64,000 nt of DNA from Elusimicrobiales bacterium. GTDB lineage: Bacteria > Elusimicrobiota > Elusimicrobia > Elusimicrobiales > UBA9959. The position numbers and the translations under genes were made by a program. The stretch covers positions 5,727 through 69,726 of the forward strand of contig JBMFKQ010000004.1 of the NCBI GenBank assembly GCA_049972095.1, given 5' to 3'. How positions within the stretch are numbered: position 1 is the stretch's first letter; the number at the start of each line of letters is the position of its first letter. Of this stretch, positions 47,691 to 57,194 are shown one piece after another. The notes below the pieces were generated by a model. That model worked only from the letters and a program-made list of their open reading frames with translations. It was not told the DNA's origin and searched no databases.

Positions 47691-48155
47691 TCAGATTACA
47701 AGATTGTTGAAATAGGTTATGACAATCTCTGCACTTTCTTTGACCCTACTGTCTATACTCTGACCAAAACCAGTATCTAATATCTGGATACCAACTATAA
47801 CAAAATTAACACAAGGCAAATCATTTCTTATCATATCAATTAAAAGAGTTATTGGAAGTGAATGTGTTGATAGCATTCTAACCTCACAAAGACTTCTTTC
47901 ATCAAGGATTCTTATCTCTCCAACCTCACCACCAAAAAATGCACCATCAACTATAATAACATCCGTTGGTTTGTATTCAACTATATCAAATACATAGTTT
48001 TCAAAACTTTGTTCGGCATTTATAACCTTAATCCTATGATTAGATATTTTTTTTGCAATATAAGGACCAATACCATCATCATTTCTAAACTCATTACCAA
48101 GGCATACTATAACAGGTTTGTCTCCTTTATAAACAATTTTATCAAGAGGGTTCAT
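47691..48155 (-). CDS. Hydrogenase maturation protease (HycI-like)
   Basis: LGNEFRNDDGIG, IIVDGA, STHSLP. Confidence 0.9.
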   Translation of the reverse strand: MNPLDKIVYKGDKPVIVCLGNEFRNDDGIGPYIAKKISNHRIKVINAEQSFENYVFDIVEYKPTDVIIVDGAFFGGEVGEIRILDERSLCEVRMLSTHSLPITLLIDMIRNDLPCVNFVIVGIQILDTGFGQSIDSRVKESAEIVITYFNNLVI

Positions 48156-48197
48156 TAAATTCGTAAAAAAGTATTTTTTTTGATGAGGTTACAATAT

Positions 48198-49529
48198 TTA
48201 TTCAATAAACTCAACATTAAGATAATGAGCTGAGCATGATATACATGGATCATATGCCCTTACAAGCATCTCAAGTTTAAGCTGTATCTGTTGCTTAGGC
48301 TCGTTTATTATCTCTGGAAGAAACTTCATAAGATCATACTCTATATTGTTTATGTTCTGGTTTGTTGGGATTATGCAGTTTGCATGCCGGATTATTCCTC
48401 GATCATCAATCTCATAGTTATGGAAAAGTATCCCTCTTGGTGCTTCAATAGCCCCAACGCCGTCTCCTGGTTTAACAGCTATTCTGTTCTTTTCGTTTAT
48501 ACCAACAACAATCTCCTCAGAATAATCTATACCTGTTTTTTTAAGTTCATTGATAAGATCTATTGCATGCTCATAGCAGTGCACAAGCTCAACTACTTGA
48601 GCCATAGTGTTCATAAAAGGGTTGAAACAAGGCGCTTTTAGTTTAATCTTTTCTACAAGATTTTTTGCTTTTTTATGAAGCTTTTTATGATTAAGATTGA
48701 ACCTTGCAAGTGCACCAACCATATAGGATTCTCTTGAAAGTTTAGTAAATTTTGCGGAGGATCTTGGATCAATAAACTCATTTGTTGCAAGTTTATAATC
48801 CTTTTTGTTGAAGTTTTTTCCATCACTTGAGCCAATATTACCTTCAAGAAGCGGGTATTCATCACTCTCATTGACAAGGGCAACATATTCAGTTTCCCTA
48901 TAGAACTCAGGGAATTTAAAATCCATTGCCACATCAACAAAATCATCCATATCCTTTCTCATACCTTCAAGTATCTCAAGCATTCTGTCAAGATCTGATG
49001 GCCTTGGTAATTTGGTAAAACCACCAACAACTGCTGATATAGGATGAACATGTCTTCCGACAAGTATATCACAAACATCATTGATTCTCTTTTTTGCACC
49101 AAGTATCTTTTTAACAAGAGATGGATTTTTTTTCACAAGCGGCACAAAAGAACCCACTCCAACTACATCAGGAAAAACAAGAAGATATATATGAAGAAGA
49201 TGACTATCCAAAAACTCACAATCAAGCATAAGTTTTCTCAATTTAATAGTCTGCTCAGATGGCACAAAACCAACAGCATCCTCTGCTGCCTGTATTGATG
49301 CTAAAGAATGGGCACATGAGCATATACCACATATCCTTGATGTTATATGCTGGGCTTCAAGTATACTTCTTCCTCTAAGCATACCTTCAAAAAATCTTGG
49401 TGTTTCTACAACATGAAACTCACACTTTTCTATATTCCCATTTTTAACATTCACCACAATATTGCCATGTCCTTCAACCCTTGTAACATACTCAACTTTT
49501 ATATCCAGATCCTTACCCTTTGTTGCCAT
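48198..49529 (-). CDS. hydA: Group 3b NiFe hydrogenase large (alpha) subunit
   Basis: TRVEGHG, PRFFEG, SRICGICSCAH (L1), EAPRG, YDPCISCSAH (L2) plus 8-residue extension. Confidence 0.93.
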   Translation of the reverse strand: MATKGKDLDIKVEYVTRVEGHGNIVVNVKNGNIEKCEFHVVETPRFFEGMLRGRSILEAQHITSRICGICSCAHSLASIQAAEDAVGFVPSEQTIKLRKLMLDCEFLDSHLLHIYLLVFPDVVGVGSFVPLVKKNPSLVKKILGAKKRINDVCDILVGRHVHPISAVVGGFTKLPRPSDLDRMLEILEGMRKDMDDFVDVAMDFKFPEFYRETEYVALVNESDEYPLLEGNIGSSDGKNFNKKDYKLATNEFIDPRSSAKFTKLSRESYMVGALARFNLNHKKLHKKAKNLVEKIKLKAPCFNPFMNTMAQVVELVHCYEHAIDLINELKKTGIDYSEEIVVGINEKNRIAVKPGDGVGAIEAPRGILFHNYEIDDRGIIRHANCIIPTNQNINNIEYDLMKFLPEIINEPKQQIQLKLEMLVRAYDPCISCSAHYLNVEFIE

Positions 49530-50292
49530 TTAAACCCCCCTTCGCTCTGTTATACACATCAAACTTCTTCTTCATCAAATCATCACCAATCTCTTTTATC
49601 TTTTCGTTTACATTGTATTTTTTTATTATGTCAAGCGCTGCATCCCTTGCAGGGTTTGAAACAAGCCCACGGCATCCATAACATATGTTTCCATTATTTG
49701 GACACCAACTATTACATCCAGCCTTTGTCCACGGACCAAGACACACAACCCCCTTTTCATAAAGGCATACATTTTCATTAAGTTTACACTCCCAACACAC
49801 TGGTTTATCACAAACAGTATATGGAACGCCCCTCAATATACTTTTTATAACCTCAACAACCTCAGGCAGATAAACCGGACATCCAGGTATATAATAATCA
49901 ACATTAACAACCTCATCTACTGCCTTTGTTGGTATAGCATCAAAGCATCTATATTTATCCCCATATACATACTTCCTTATCTCTTCAAGGTTAAATGCAT
50001 TCTTCATACCATTAACACCACCAAGAACTGCACAGGAGCCATAGGCTACAAGTATCTTAGACCTCGACCTTATTCTTTTAAGCCTCTCCTCAGCATGATG
50101 ATCACCGATTGAACCCTCTATAAAAACAATATCGTAGCTTTTATTGTATCTCTCAGTCATTATCTCTCTAAACTCTACTAGATCAATAACATCAAACAAA
50201 TCAACAAGCACTTCACCAAGATTTGCCACCTGAAGTTGACATCCTTCACAAGATGCGAAATCAAAAAATGCCACTTTTGGCTTTGACATCAT
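49513..50292 (-). CDS. hydD: Group 3b hydrogenase small (delta) subunit
   Basis: SCEGCQ, EGSI, GSCA, PGCP, VCWEC, CLGP, CYGCRG. Confidence 0.92.
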   Translation of the reverse strand: MMSKPKVAFFDFASCEGCQLQVANLGEVLVDLFDVIDLVEFREIMTERYNKSYDIVFIEGSIGDHHAEERLKRIRSRSKILVAYGSCAVLGGVNGMKNAFNLEEIRKYVYGDKYRCFDAIPTKAVDEVVNVDYYIPGCPVYLPEVVEVIKSILRGVPYTVCDKPVCWECKLNENVCLYEKGVVCLGPWTKAGCNSWCPNNGNICYGCRGLVSNPARDAALDIIKKYNVNEKIKEIGDDLMKKKFDVYNRAKGGLNGNKG

Positions 50293-50298
50293 TCCTCC

Positions 50299-51153
50299 TT
50301 ATAGCCTTTTTGCATCCTTTATCTCGTCATATGTAAATGTTGGACCATCCTTACAGCAATAGTAATTTTTAGGATGGTCTATCTGACAATGTCCGCATTT
50401 CCCCATACCGCATTTCATATGTCTCTCAAGTGAAAGAACAATCTGTCTTTCTGGTATGTTCTTCTTCAAAAGTTCAGCTATAACGAACTTATACATAACA
50501 GGTGGTCCAACGACAACTGCATATGTTCTTTCAGGATTAAGATTAACACCAGGGATAAGCGTTGTTATAAGACCGATATTACCCTTCCAATCCGGATCTG
50601 CCTTATCAACAGTACAAGCAAAGTTTATATCCATCCTTTTCGACCATTTTTCTATATCCTGTTTAAAAAGCATATCTTGTGGGGTTCTTGAACCAAGAAG
50701 TATATTCACCTTCCCAAAATCCTTCCTCATATCCATAACATAGTTTATGAGAGATCTCAAGGGGGCTATACCAAGCCCACCTGCAATAAAAAGGATGTCA
50801 TTTCCAAACATCTGTCTTACTGGAAAAGGTCTTCCAAAAGGACCTCTTATATAAACTCTATCACCTTTTTCAAGCTTGTGTATCTCATTTGTAACCCTTC
50901 CAACAGCTCTTACGGTAAGCTCAAATCCTCTTTCTTTTGTCGGTGATGAGCATACGGATATCGGAACCTCACCAACTCCAAAAACTCCTATCTGAATAAA
51001 CTGACCTGGCTCATGATCTAAGTTTCCATCATCAAGCTCTATCTCAAACCATTTCTCCGTCTTTGTCATCATCTTTGTATCAGTTATTCTTCCTTTTCTA
51101 TATCTCCATACTGAACCCTTTATCTCAAATAAGTTTTTTACCTCTGTCTTCAT
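50299..51153 (-). CDS. hydG: Group 3b hydrogenase gamma subunit (FAD/NAD(P), 2Fe-2S)
   Basis: PGQF, GEVPIS, RGPFG, AGGLGIAPLRS, ERHMKCGMGKCGHC, CKDGP. Confidence 0.9.
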   Translation of the reverse strand: MKTEVKNLFEIKGSVWRYRKGRITDTKMMTKTEKWFEIELDDGNLDHEPGQFIQIGVFGVGEVPISVCSSPTKERGFELTVRAVGRVTNEIHKLEKGDRVYIRGPFGRPFPVRQMFGNDILFIAGGLGIAPLRSLINYVMDMRKDFGKVNILLGSRTPQDMLFKQDIEKWSKRMDINFACTVDKADPDWKGNIGLITTLIPGVNLNPERTYAVVVGPPVMYKFVIAELLKKNIPERQIVLSLERHMKCGMGKCGHCQIDHPKNYYCCKDGPTFTYDEIKDAKRL

Positions 51154-51167
51154 AAAATACTCCTTTT

Positions 51168-52208
51168 TTAAAACTTAACCTCTTCACTTATCTTAACAAG
51201 TATATCCTTCAAAGATATACCTGCCATACAGCTTCTACTACACCTTCCACAACCAGTGCAGAAAAACCTATTAAACTTATCGTAAGGGAATTTAAATTTT
51301 CTATAAACTCTGTGTCTTAGCCTTAATGACCTTTCTTTTCTAAAATTCTCACCACCCGCTACCTTTGCAAATGTTTCAAACTGACATGAATCCCAACTTC
51401 TTATTCTCTTTCCTGAAATAAGATTGATCTCAACTCTATCCTCCATATCAAAACAGTAGCATGTTGGACATACATTCGTGCAGTTTCCGCATGAAACACA
51501 TTTCAAGGCAACATCTTCCCATACCTTTGAGTTATATGCCTTATCAAATATCTCAGGAATCTTTGATGCCTCAAAACCAACCTCATTTTTGAAAATCTTC
51601 TTTTTATTTTCCCTGACTAAATCAAGTTTTTTGAGATCCTCACTTGTTGCTTGAGGAAGTCCAAACAATTCAACTAAATCCTCACCTTCCTGAGTATTCA
51701 CATAAACAAAATACCTATCTCCTATGTCAGTGAGAAAAAGATCATAACCACCATTTGGAAGATGAGAATTTACAAAACAGCATGATGCATACTCATCACA
51801 ATATGTAAGGCACTCTACTCCTATTATGAAAAGATTTTCTTTTCTTATTATGAAATGATGATCAACAGGCTTGTCACTCATTACTATATTCAAACACTGT
51901 ATTCCAGCCAGATCGCAGGTTCTTACCCCAAAAATTGCCATCTTTTCAGATAAAACAACCACATTTTCATCAAAGCCATCGTTTTTCATGCTAAATTCTA
52001 AAATGGTCTCCTTTTGTGGCATAAGATATTTTTTAGGCGGAAGTATTGTAGGAACATAACCATCAACTACAATATCTTCAGCACAGCTTATCTCCTCAAA
52101 GGCAAGACTATTTCCCCACTTTTTTACAGGGGCAACAACCTTCATTTTTTTTGAAAGGATTTCTATAAAGTCATTAATCTCATGTTTTAGAAGCAGATGA
52201 TACTTCAC
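51168..52208 (-). CDS. hydB: Group 3b hydrogenase beta subunit (4Fe-4S)
   Basis: PPKKYLMP, GVRTCD, CVSCGNCTNVCPTCYC, CTGCGRCSRSC; GTG start after GGAGG (alternative 52214). Confidence 0.9.
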   Translation of the reverse strand: MKYHLLLKHEINDFIEILSKKMKVVAPVKKWGNSLAFEEISCAEDIVVDGYVPTILPPKKYLMPQKETILEFSMKNDGFDENVVVLSEKMAIFGVRTCDLAGIQCLNIVMSDKPVDHHFIIRKENLFIIGVECLTYCDEYASCCFVNSHLPNGGYDLFLTDIGDRYFVYVNTQEGEDLVELFGLPQATSEDLKKLDLVRENKKKIFKNEVGFEASKIPEIFDKAYNSKVWEDVALKCVSCGNCTNVCPTCYCFDMEDRVEINLISGKRIRSWDSCQFETFAKVAGGENFRKERSLRLRHRVYRKFKFPYDKFNRFFCTGCGRCSRSCMAGISLKDILVKISEEVKF

Positions 52209-52306
52209 TTTCACCTCCCTAAATCCATCCTTAACAAATCAATTTTATAAATTTATTTAAACATAGAATTATCATTATTTCTAAAATAACTATTATTTTT
52301 TATTCT

Positions 52307-53344
52307 CTAAGACGATGAATTCTTTTCTTTTATGTACATATCAAGAATTGTAATAAAAACAGCAATAAAGACAGGTCCTATAAAAATCCCCACAGGACCA
52401 AACGACTTAATCCCTCCAACAATCCCAAGAAAAACAAGCCCAATTGGAAGTTTTGCATAGTTTCCTATAAGTATCGGCCTTATGAAATTATCAATAAGCC
52501 CAACAACAAAAATACTCCAAATAAAAATAAAGGTAGTGATTATAAAAGGTTTTGTGAAATAACAGTAAATAACAATAGGAATTGTAACTGTTGCCGTGCC
52601 GATAAATGGTATGAGGGCTGAAAACATAACCATTGTTCCAAGAAGCACAGGAGAAAAAAGTCCTCCAACATAAAAGCCAAACATTGCAACAATACCTTGA
52701 ATAAAAGCTGTTATAACAACACCCCTGATAATTGAATTAACAGAGTTTTCAAACTGAAACAGAATCCTTTCTATATTCTCATTGCTGAAAGGGATTATTT
52801 CTATAATATATGAAAGAATTTTCTCCCCATCTCTGAAAAAAAAGAACATTGAAATAAACATAACAAAAAGATTGACAAAAAGAAAAAAAATATTTTTTAT
52901 TAAACCTCCTCCTAATCTTATTATTGTTCCCCGGATCTCATCCAGGTTTGATACAATTATCTCCTTTATATCAGAGTGTGAGAAAGGTAAAAAATCTGGT
53001 ATTTTAATTCTGCTAAAATTAAACGATGAATAATAATCTACAAGGGACGGATATATCAATCTTGCCTCTCTGAAAAGCAGCCAGCCAAAAACAAGAAAGG
53101 GTGCTATAATTACAAAGAAGATACACAACACACTAAGAAAGGATGCAATATTATTGTTGGAAGTAATTCTTTTTTTAAAAAAAAGATAAATAGGATGAAA
53201 CACCACTGTGAAGACCACACTCAAAAAAAGTGAAATAATAAATGGTGATATGAGCTTTATGAATGTATAGATTATAAGTATAAAAAAAATACTTATAACA
53301 AGATTCATCACAAACCTACGACTTATTCTAAACTCATTTCTCAT
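52307..53344 (-). CDS. AI-2E family transporter
   Basis: FFFFRDG, IPFIGT, DNFIRP, FGPVGIFIGP. Confidence 0.9.
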   Translation of the reverse strand: MRNEFRISRRFVMNLVISIFFILIIYTFIKLISPFIISLFLSVVFTVVFHPIYLFFKKRITSNNNIASFLSVLCIFFVIIAPFLVFGWLLFREARLIYPSLVDYYSSFNFSRIKIPDFLPFSHSDIKEIIVSNLDEIRGTIIRLGGGLIKNIFFLFVNLFVMFISMFFFFRDGEKILSYIIEIIPFSNENIERILFQFENSVNSIIRGVVITAFIQGIVAMFGFYVGGLFSPVLLGTMVMFSALIPFIGTATVTIPIVIYCYFTKPFIITTFIFIWSIFVVGLIDNFIRPILIGNYAKLPIGLVFLGIVGGIKSFGPVGIFIGPVFIAVFITILDMYIKEKNSSS

Positions 53345-54116
53345 AAAACCAGCTTGTAATTACCCAAACCCCAAGGATAATTCTATAAACAACAAAAAGA
53401 TTAAGATTGTGTTTTTTAAGAAACGAAAGAAGAAATTTTATTGAGGCAAGACCTATAATAAAGCTTGAAAGAAATCCAACAATAAGATCAATACCAGGGC
53501 AAAATAATCCCACCTTTTTAAACTCAAAAACACCTGCCCCAAGTATTATAGGCATAGACATAAAAAAGGAAATCCTTGCAGCATTGTGCCTTGAATAACC
53601 ACACAAAAGAAGTCCGCATATGCTCATTGCTGATCTTGAAGCACCGGGAATTATTGCAATTGACTGAAAAATACCTGCAACAATACCATCCTTCCAGTTA
53701 AAGTCTTTATCAATACCCTTATCCCCATAAAGCCTATCAACAAGATATATAATAACAGAAAAAAATATAAGTGCAGCACCTATAATATAAACCTCTCTGA
53801 GCAATGTTTCAGCATAATCATTTAAAAAAAAACCTGCAAAAACACCTGGAAGTGTTGCTATAAAAAGGGCAAAAACAAAACCTTGAGCTTTTTTATCACC
53901 TTTTAAAAGATTTTTTATTATATCAATTATATCCTTACGAAAATATATAAAGACTGCAAGGATTGTTCCAAGATGAAGCATAACATCAAAAAAAATACCT
54001 TGATAATGTAGATTAAATATGTATGAGTAAAGCCTTAAGTGTGCAGATGATGATATAGGCAAAAATTCGCCGATCCCTTGAACAGCTCCAAGAAAGAAGG
54101 CATGAAATGCACTCAT
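53334..54116 (-). CDS. uppP: Undecaprenyl-diphosphatase
   Basis: VQGIGEFLPISSSAH, LHLGT, PGASRS, AARISF, YRIILG. Confidence 0.95.
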   Translation of the reverse strand: MSAFHAFFLGAVQGIGEFLPISSSAHLRLYSYIFNLHYQGIFFDVMLHLGTILAVFIYFRKDIIDIIKNLLKGDKKAQGFVFALFIATLPGVFAGFFLNDYAETLLREVYIIGAALIFFSVIIYLVDRLYGDKGIDKDFNWKDGIVAGIFQSIAIIPGASRSAMSICGLLLCGYSRHNAARISFFMSMPIILGAGVFEFKKVGLFCPGIDLIVGFLSSFIIGLASIKFLLSFLKKHNLNLFVVYRIILGVWVITSWFYEK

Positions 54117-54128
54117 AATTAGATTATA

Positions 54129-54833
54129 TTACCTTTTATTGGCTCGGTATGGACAGATCTCCTTTGCAAGACATATATCACAGTTTCCCTTTTTTGAAAG
54201 CTCAAGATTTTTCATCCTTGATGCTATTTCCTTTAAGTCTTTTATAAGATTCTCATCCTCATTATAATTCATCCTATGCTTCTGAGGCCCATTTATATAA
54301 TAATAACTAACAACCGACACCCTTTTCAGGTATTTCTTAGATATGCCATACGCATATATTAAAAGCTGAAGTTCATTCCTGTGGTGTGATGAATTTCTTT
54401 CATCCATAGCAAGCTTATAATCAATGATCTCATAACCCCCATCATCAAGCTCGTCAATTCTATCAACGCTTCCTTTGAGGATAAACTCATCATCAAGAGG
54501 GATTTCAAAGGGTTCATCAACAAATACAATTTTTGAAGGGTTATTTTTCTCAAATTCATAAAATTTCTTTATAAGCTCAACCCCTATCTCATAATACTCC
54601 ATCATCTGCTGAGGGGTTAGAAAACCAGAATTATTCCATCCTTCTTCAAAGCTTTCTAACATCCCTTTAAGTGTAAGTCTTCTTTTTGCATAATCACTAA
54701 GACACCTATGAATCGAAACACCAAGAGATGTTCTTGGATTGTGCTTAACATAATTTCCATCTACATATACAAATTTATAAAGATAATTACAAAAATTGTA
54801 TGCATTTATTTTTGAATAATTTATCTCAAACAT
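54129..54833 (-). CDS. PD-(D/E)XK RecB-family nuclease with Fe-S cysteines
   Basis: YSK....FC, GVSIH, GSVDRID, IIDYK, QLLIYA, CDICLAKEICP. Confidence 0.85.
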   Translation of the reverse strand: MFEINYSKINAYNFCNYLYKFVYVDGNYVKHNPRTSLGVSIHRCLSDYAKRRLTLKGMLESFEEGWNNSGFLTPQQMMEYYEIGVELIKKFYEFEKNNPSKIVFVDEPFEIPLDDEFILKGSVDRIDELDDGGYEIIDYKLAMDERNSSHHRNELQLLIYAYGISKKYLKRVSVVSYYYINGPQKHRMNYNEDENLIKDLKEIASRMKNLELSKKGNCDICLAKEICPYRANKR

Positions 54834-55407
54834 TTTTTTGCCTAAAAAAATCTATAATAGAATCTCCATATCTTTCACTTCTGTATTTAACAAGAGATGA
54901 TGGTGATTTAAAAATCTCTTTTATATGATGCTGAGAAATCAATATAGCATGGTCTGAAAAAAGTTTTGCTTCAACAACAAGCTCCATTGTTCTTGCTGTT
55001 AGATAAAGTGGTTTATTCTCACAATCTCTATAAGGAGGTCCCATAAAAACTATATCATACCCTTGTGGAGCATATATTTTTAAAAACGCAAGCCCTTTGA
55101 GTATATCTGATTTGATAACTACAGCCTTATCCTCAAAATCAAGATGTTTAAGATTTCTTTTTATTGTTTTTATACACTGATTATCATTATCAACAAAAAC
55201 AACCTTTGCAGCTCCTCGAGAAAGAGCCTCAAGTCCAACAAGCCCTATTCCAGCATAAAGATCCAAGAAAAAGGATGCGGTTATGTATGGCCTTATTATA
55301 TCAAAAAGCGATTTCCTTACCCTTGCCGATATAGGCTTAACATGATGAGTTATGGGAAGAGACAAAACCCTCCTATTTTTTCTAAGACCTGCTATTATCC
55401 TTATCAT
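54826..55407 (-). CDS. rsmD: 16S rRNA m2G966 methyltransferase
   Basis: IRIIAG, VRKSLFDI, LDLYAGIG.VGLEALSRGA, GPPY, RYGD. Confidence 0.9.
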   Translation of the reverse strand: MIRIIAGLRKNRRVLSLPITHHVKPISARVRKSLFDIIRPYITASFFLDLYAGIGLVGLEALSRGAAKVVFVDNDNQCIKTIKRNLKHLDFEDKAVVIKSDILKGLAFLKIYAPQGYDIVFMGPPYRDCENKPLYLTARTMELVVEAKLFSDHAILISQHHIKEIFKSPSSLVKYRSERYGDSIIDFFRQKNV

Positions 55408-55494
55408 AAGTTAAAAAAAATTTAAAACTTTTCTAACATAAATTCTATAATATATTATAGCAAAGCTGATTTAATAGATTTTAAGTGAGGTCAT

Positions 55495-56814
55495 ATGCCA
55501 GAAGAAACAAAGCCAGATATAGTAATAATAGATGATGATCCAATGACAGGTGAACTTACAAAGGATCTATTAAGCGATGAGGGATTAAGTGTAATGCTTG
55601 TTGATGATTCAGCAAAGGCTTTAGAGATAATAAAAGAGATTAAGCCAAAATTGGTTATAAGCGATATAATGATGCCAGGAATAGATGGAATGGAGATATG
55701 TAAAAGGATAAAATCAAATCCTGAAACGAAAAATATAAAGGTCATAATAATGTCAGGAAAATCATATGAAAAAGAAAAACAAAGAGCAATGATGCTTGGA
55801 GCAGAGTATTTTATAACAAAACCATACAATACTGAAAAATTCTCAAAACTTGTAAAAGAAATTCTTCAAGGTTCTCCAACTGTCCCTTCAATTCCACCTC
55901 CTCCTTCTCAAATATTAAAAGAATCATCAACATTTTCTGCCTCAGATGTTAAAGAAAACACTATAAGAATTACTGCCTATGGCATTAGAGGACTTGGACC
56001 ACAACTTCCTGAAAACCCATCAGAATACGGAAGACAAAGCATATGTATATCAGTTGAAACATCAAATGAGATCTTTATACTTGATGCTGGCAGTGGACTT
56101 TATCAGCTTGGCAAAGATCTTATTAGTTCCAAGCGCTTTTATCCAACGATATGGATATTTTTAACTCACTTCCACATTGACAATATAATAGGGCTTCCAC
56201 ACTTTGAGCCCTTCCTTTATCCTGAGTTTAACATAAATATAGTTGGTTCAAATGATCCTGAAAAATCACTCAAAGATATAATAAAAACAAATCTTTATAG
56301 CTCATTTTCTCCTATCCCATCAACCCCCAAGGCTAAGATAAAACTTTATGAAGTAAAAGAAGAAAACTATGAGATATCATCAAATGTTAAACTTGGAACA
56401 ATCTACTCAAACCACCCAACCACAACAATGATATACTTTTTTAACATAAAAGGCATAAAACTGGTATTTGCTCCTGACAGTGAAATATGGGAAGAGGCAA
56501 CTGTCTTTCAGGACTACAACGAAAGACTTGGAAGATTTGCAAACTCATCAAATATATTTATACATGATGCATATTATGATTCGCAGGATTATGAAACAAT
56601 GCATCATAAGGGACATTCATCCATATCAATAGCTGCAAAATTCGCAGTTAGAAACAAAATACAAAACTTCATCCCAATAAACATAAATCCAAATTATGAT
56701 GATCTAAAAATAAATTCAATGCTTGAGGAAGCATATAAAACAATATCATCTTTCCCCCAGACACAGACTTCTCTTAAAATCATTAAGGAGAAGCAAAGCA
56801 TTGTTATAGGCTAA
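55495..56814 (+). CDS. Receiver (REC) domain fused to an MBL-fold (RNase Z / class II PDE-like) domain
   Basis: DDD, ISDIMMPGIDG, KP; Pro-rich linker; LDAGSG, THFHIDN, NHP, IHDA, GHSS. Confidence 0.85.
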   Translation: MPEETKPDIVIIDDDPMTGELTKDLLSDEGLSVMLVDDSAKALEIIKEIKPKLVISDIMMPGIDGMEICKRIKSNPETKNIKVIIMSGKSYEKEKQRAMMLGAEYFITKPYNTEKFSKLVKEILQGSPTVPSIPPPPSQILKESSTFSASDVKENTIRITAYGIRGLGPQLPENPSEYGRQSICISVETSNEIFILDAGSGLYQLGKDLISSKRFYPTIWIFLTHFHIDNIIGLPHFEPFLYPEFNINIVGSNDPEKSLKDIIKTNLYSSFSPIPSTPKAKIKLYEVKEENYEISSNVKLGTIYSNHPTTTMIYFFNIKGIKLVFAPDSEIWEEATVFQDYNERLGRFANSSNIFIHDAYYDSQDYETMHHKGHSSISIAAKFAVRNKIQNFIPININPNYDDLKINSMLEEAYKTISSFPQTQTSLKIIKEKQSIVIG

Positions 56815-56830
56815 ATTTTAAGGAGGTCAG

Positions 56831-57133
56831 ATGGAAAACAGAAAAGATAAAAATACTAACGAGCTTCAGATAGAAATACAGGCAGATGATCAGATATCTC
56901 AAGGAGTCTATACAAATCTTGCAGGAATTACCCATAGTGAAACAGAGTTTATATTCGATTTCCTTTTTATGCAGCCAAATCAGCCAAAAGCAAAGCTAAG
57001 AGCAAGGATAATATCAAGCCCTATTCATACAAAGAGGTTTTTGCTTGCGCTTATGGAAAATATAAGAAGATATGAAGAAAGATTTGGTAAGATACCAGAA
57101 AGAGAATACACACCTCAAGGTGGGCATTCCTAA
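56831..57133 (+). CDS. DUF3467 family protein
   Basis: GVYTNLA.I.HS.TEFIFDF, RIISSPIHTKRFL.AL.ENI..YEERFGKI. Confidence 0.88.
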   Translation: MENRKDKNTNELQIEIQADDQISQGVYTNLAGITHSETEFIFDFLFMQPNQPKAKLRARIISSPIHTKRFLLALMENIRRYEERFGKIPEREYTPQGGHS

Positions 57134-57157
57134 AAGGGGAGTTAATATATCCCTTTT
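57132..57157 (+). terminator. Putative intrinsic terminator
   Basis: AAAAGGGG-10nt-TCCCTTTT immediately after the DUF3467 stop. Confidence 0.45.
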
Positions 57158-57194
57158 CGCATTAACATTTTAGTAATATAGTAAAATTTATTAT

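Noticed and set aside
48198-49529. NiFeSe (selenocysteine) hydrogenase
   Set aside because: The L2 motif is DPCISC with normal Cys codons and there is no in-frame TGA
52262-52280. Fur-box-like AATAATGATAAT upstream of the hydrogenase operon
   Set aside because: The inverted half is missing; indistinguishable from background here
54129-54833. CRISPR-Cas locus
   Set aside because: No repeat-spacer array or other cas genes in the window
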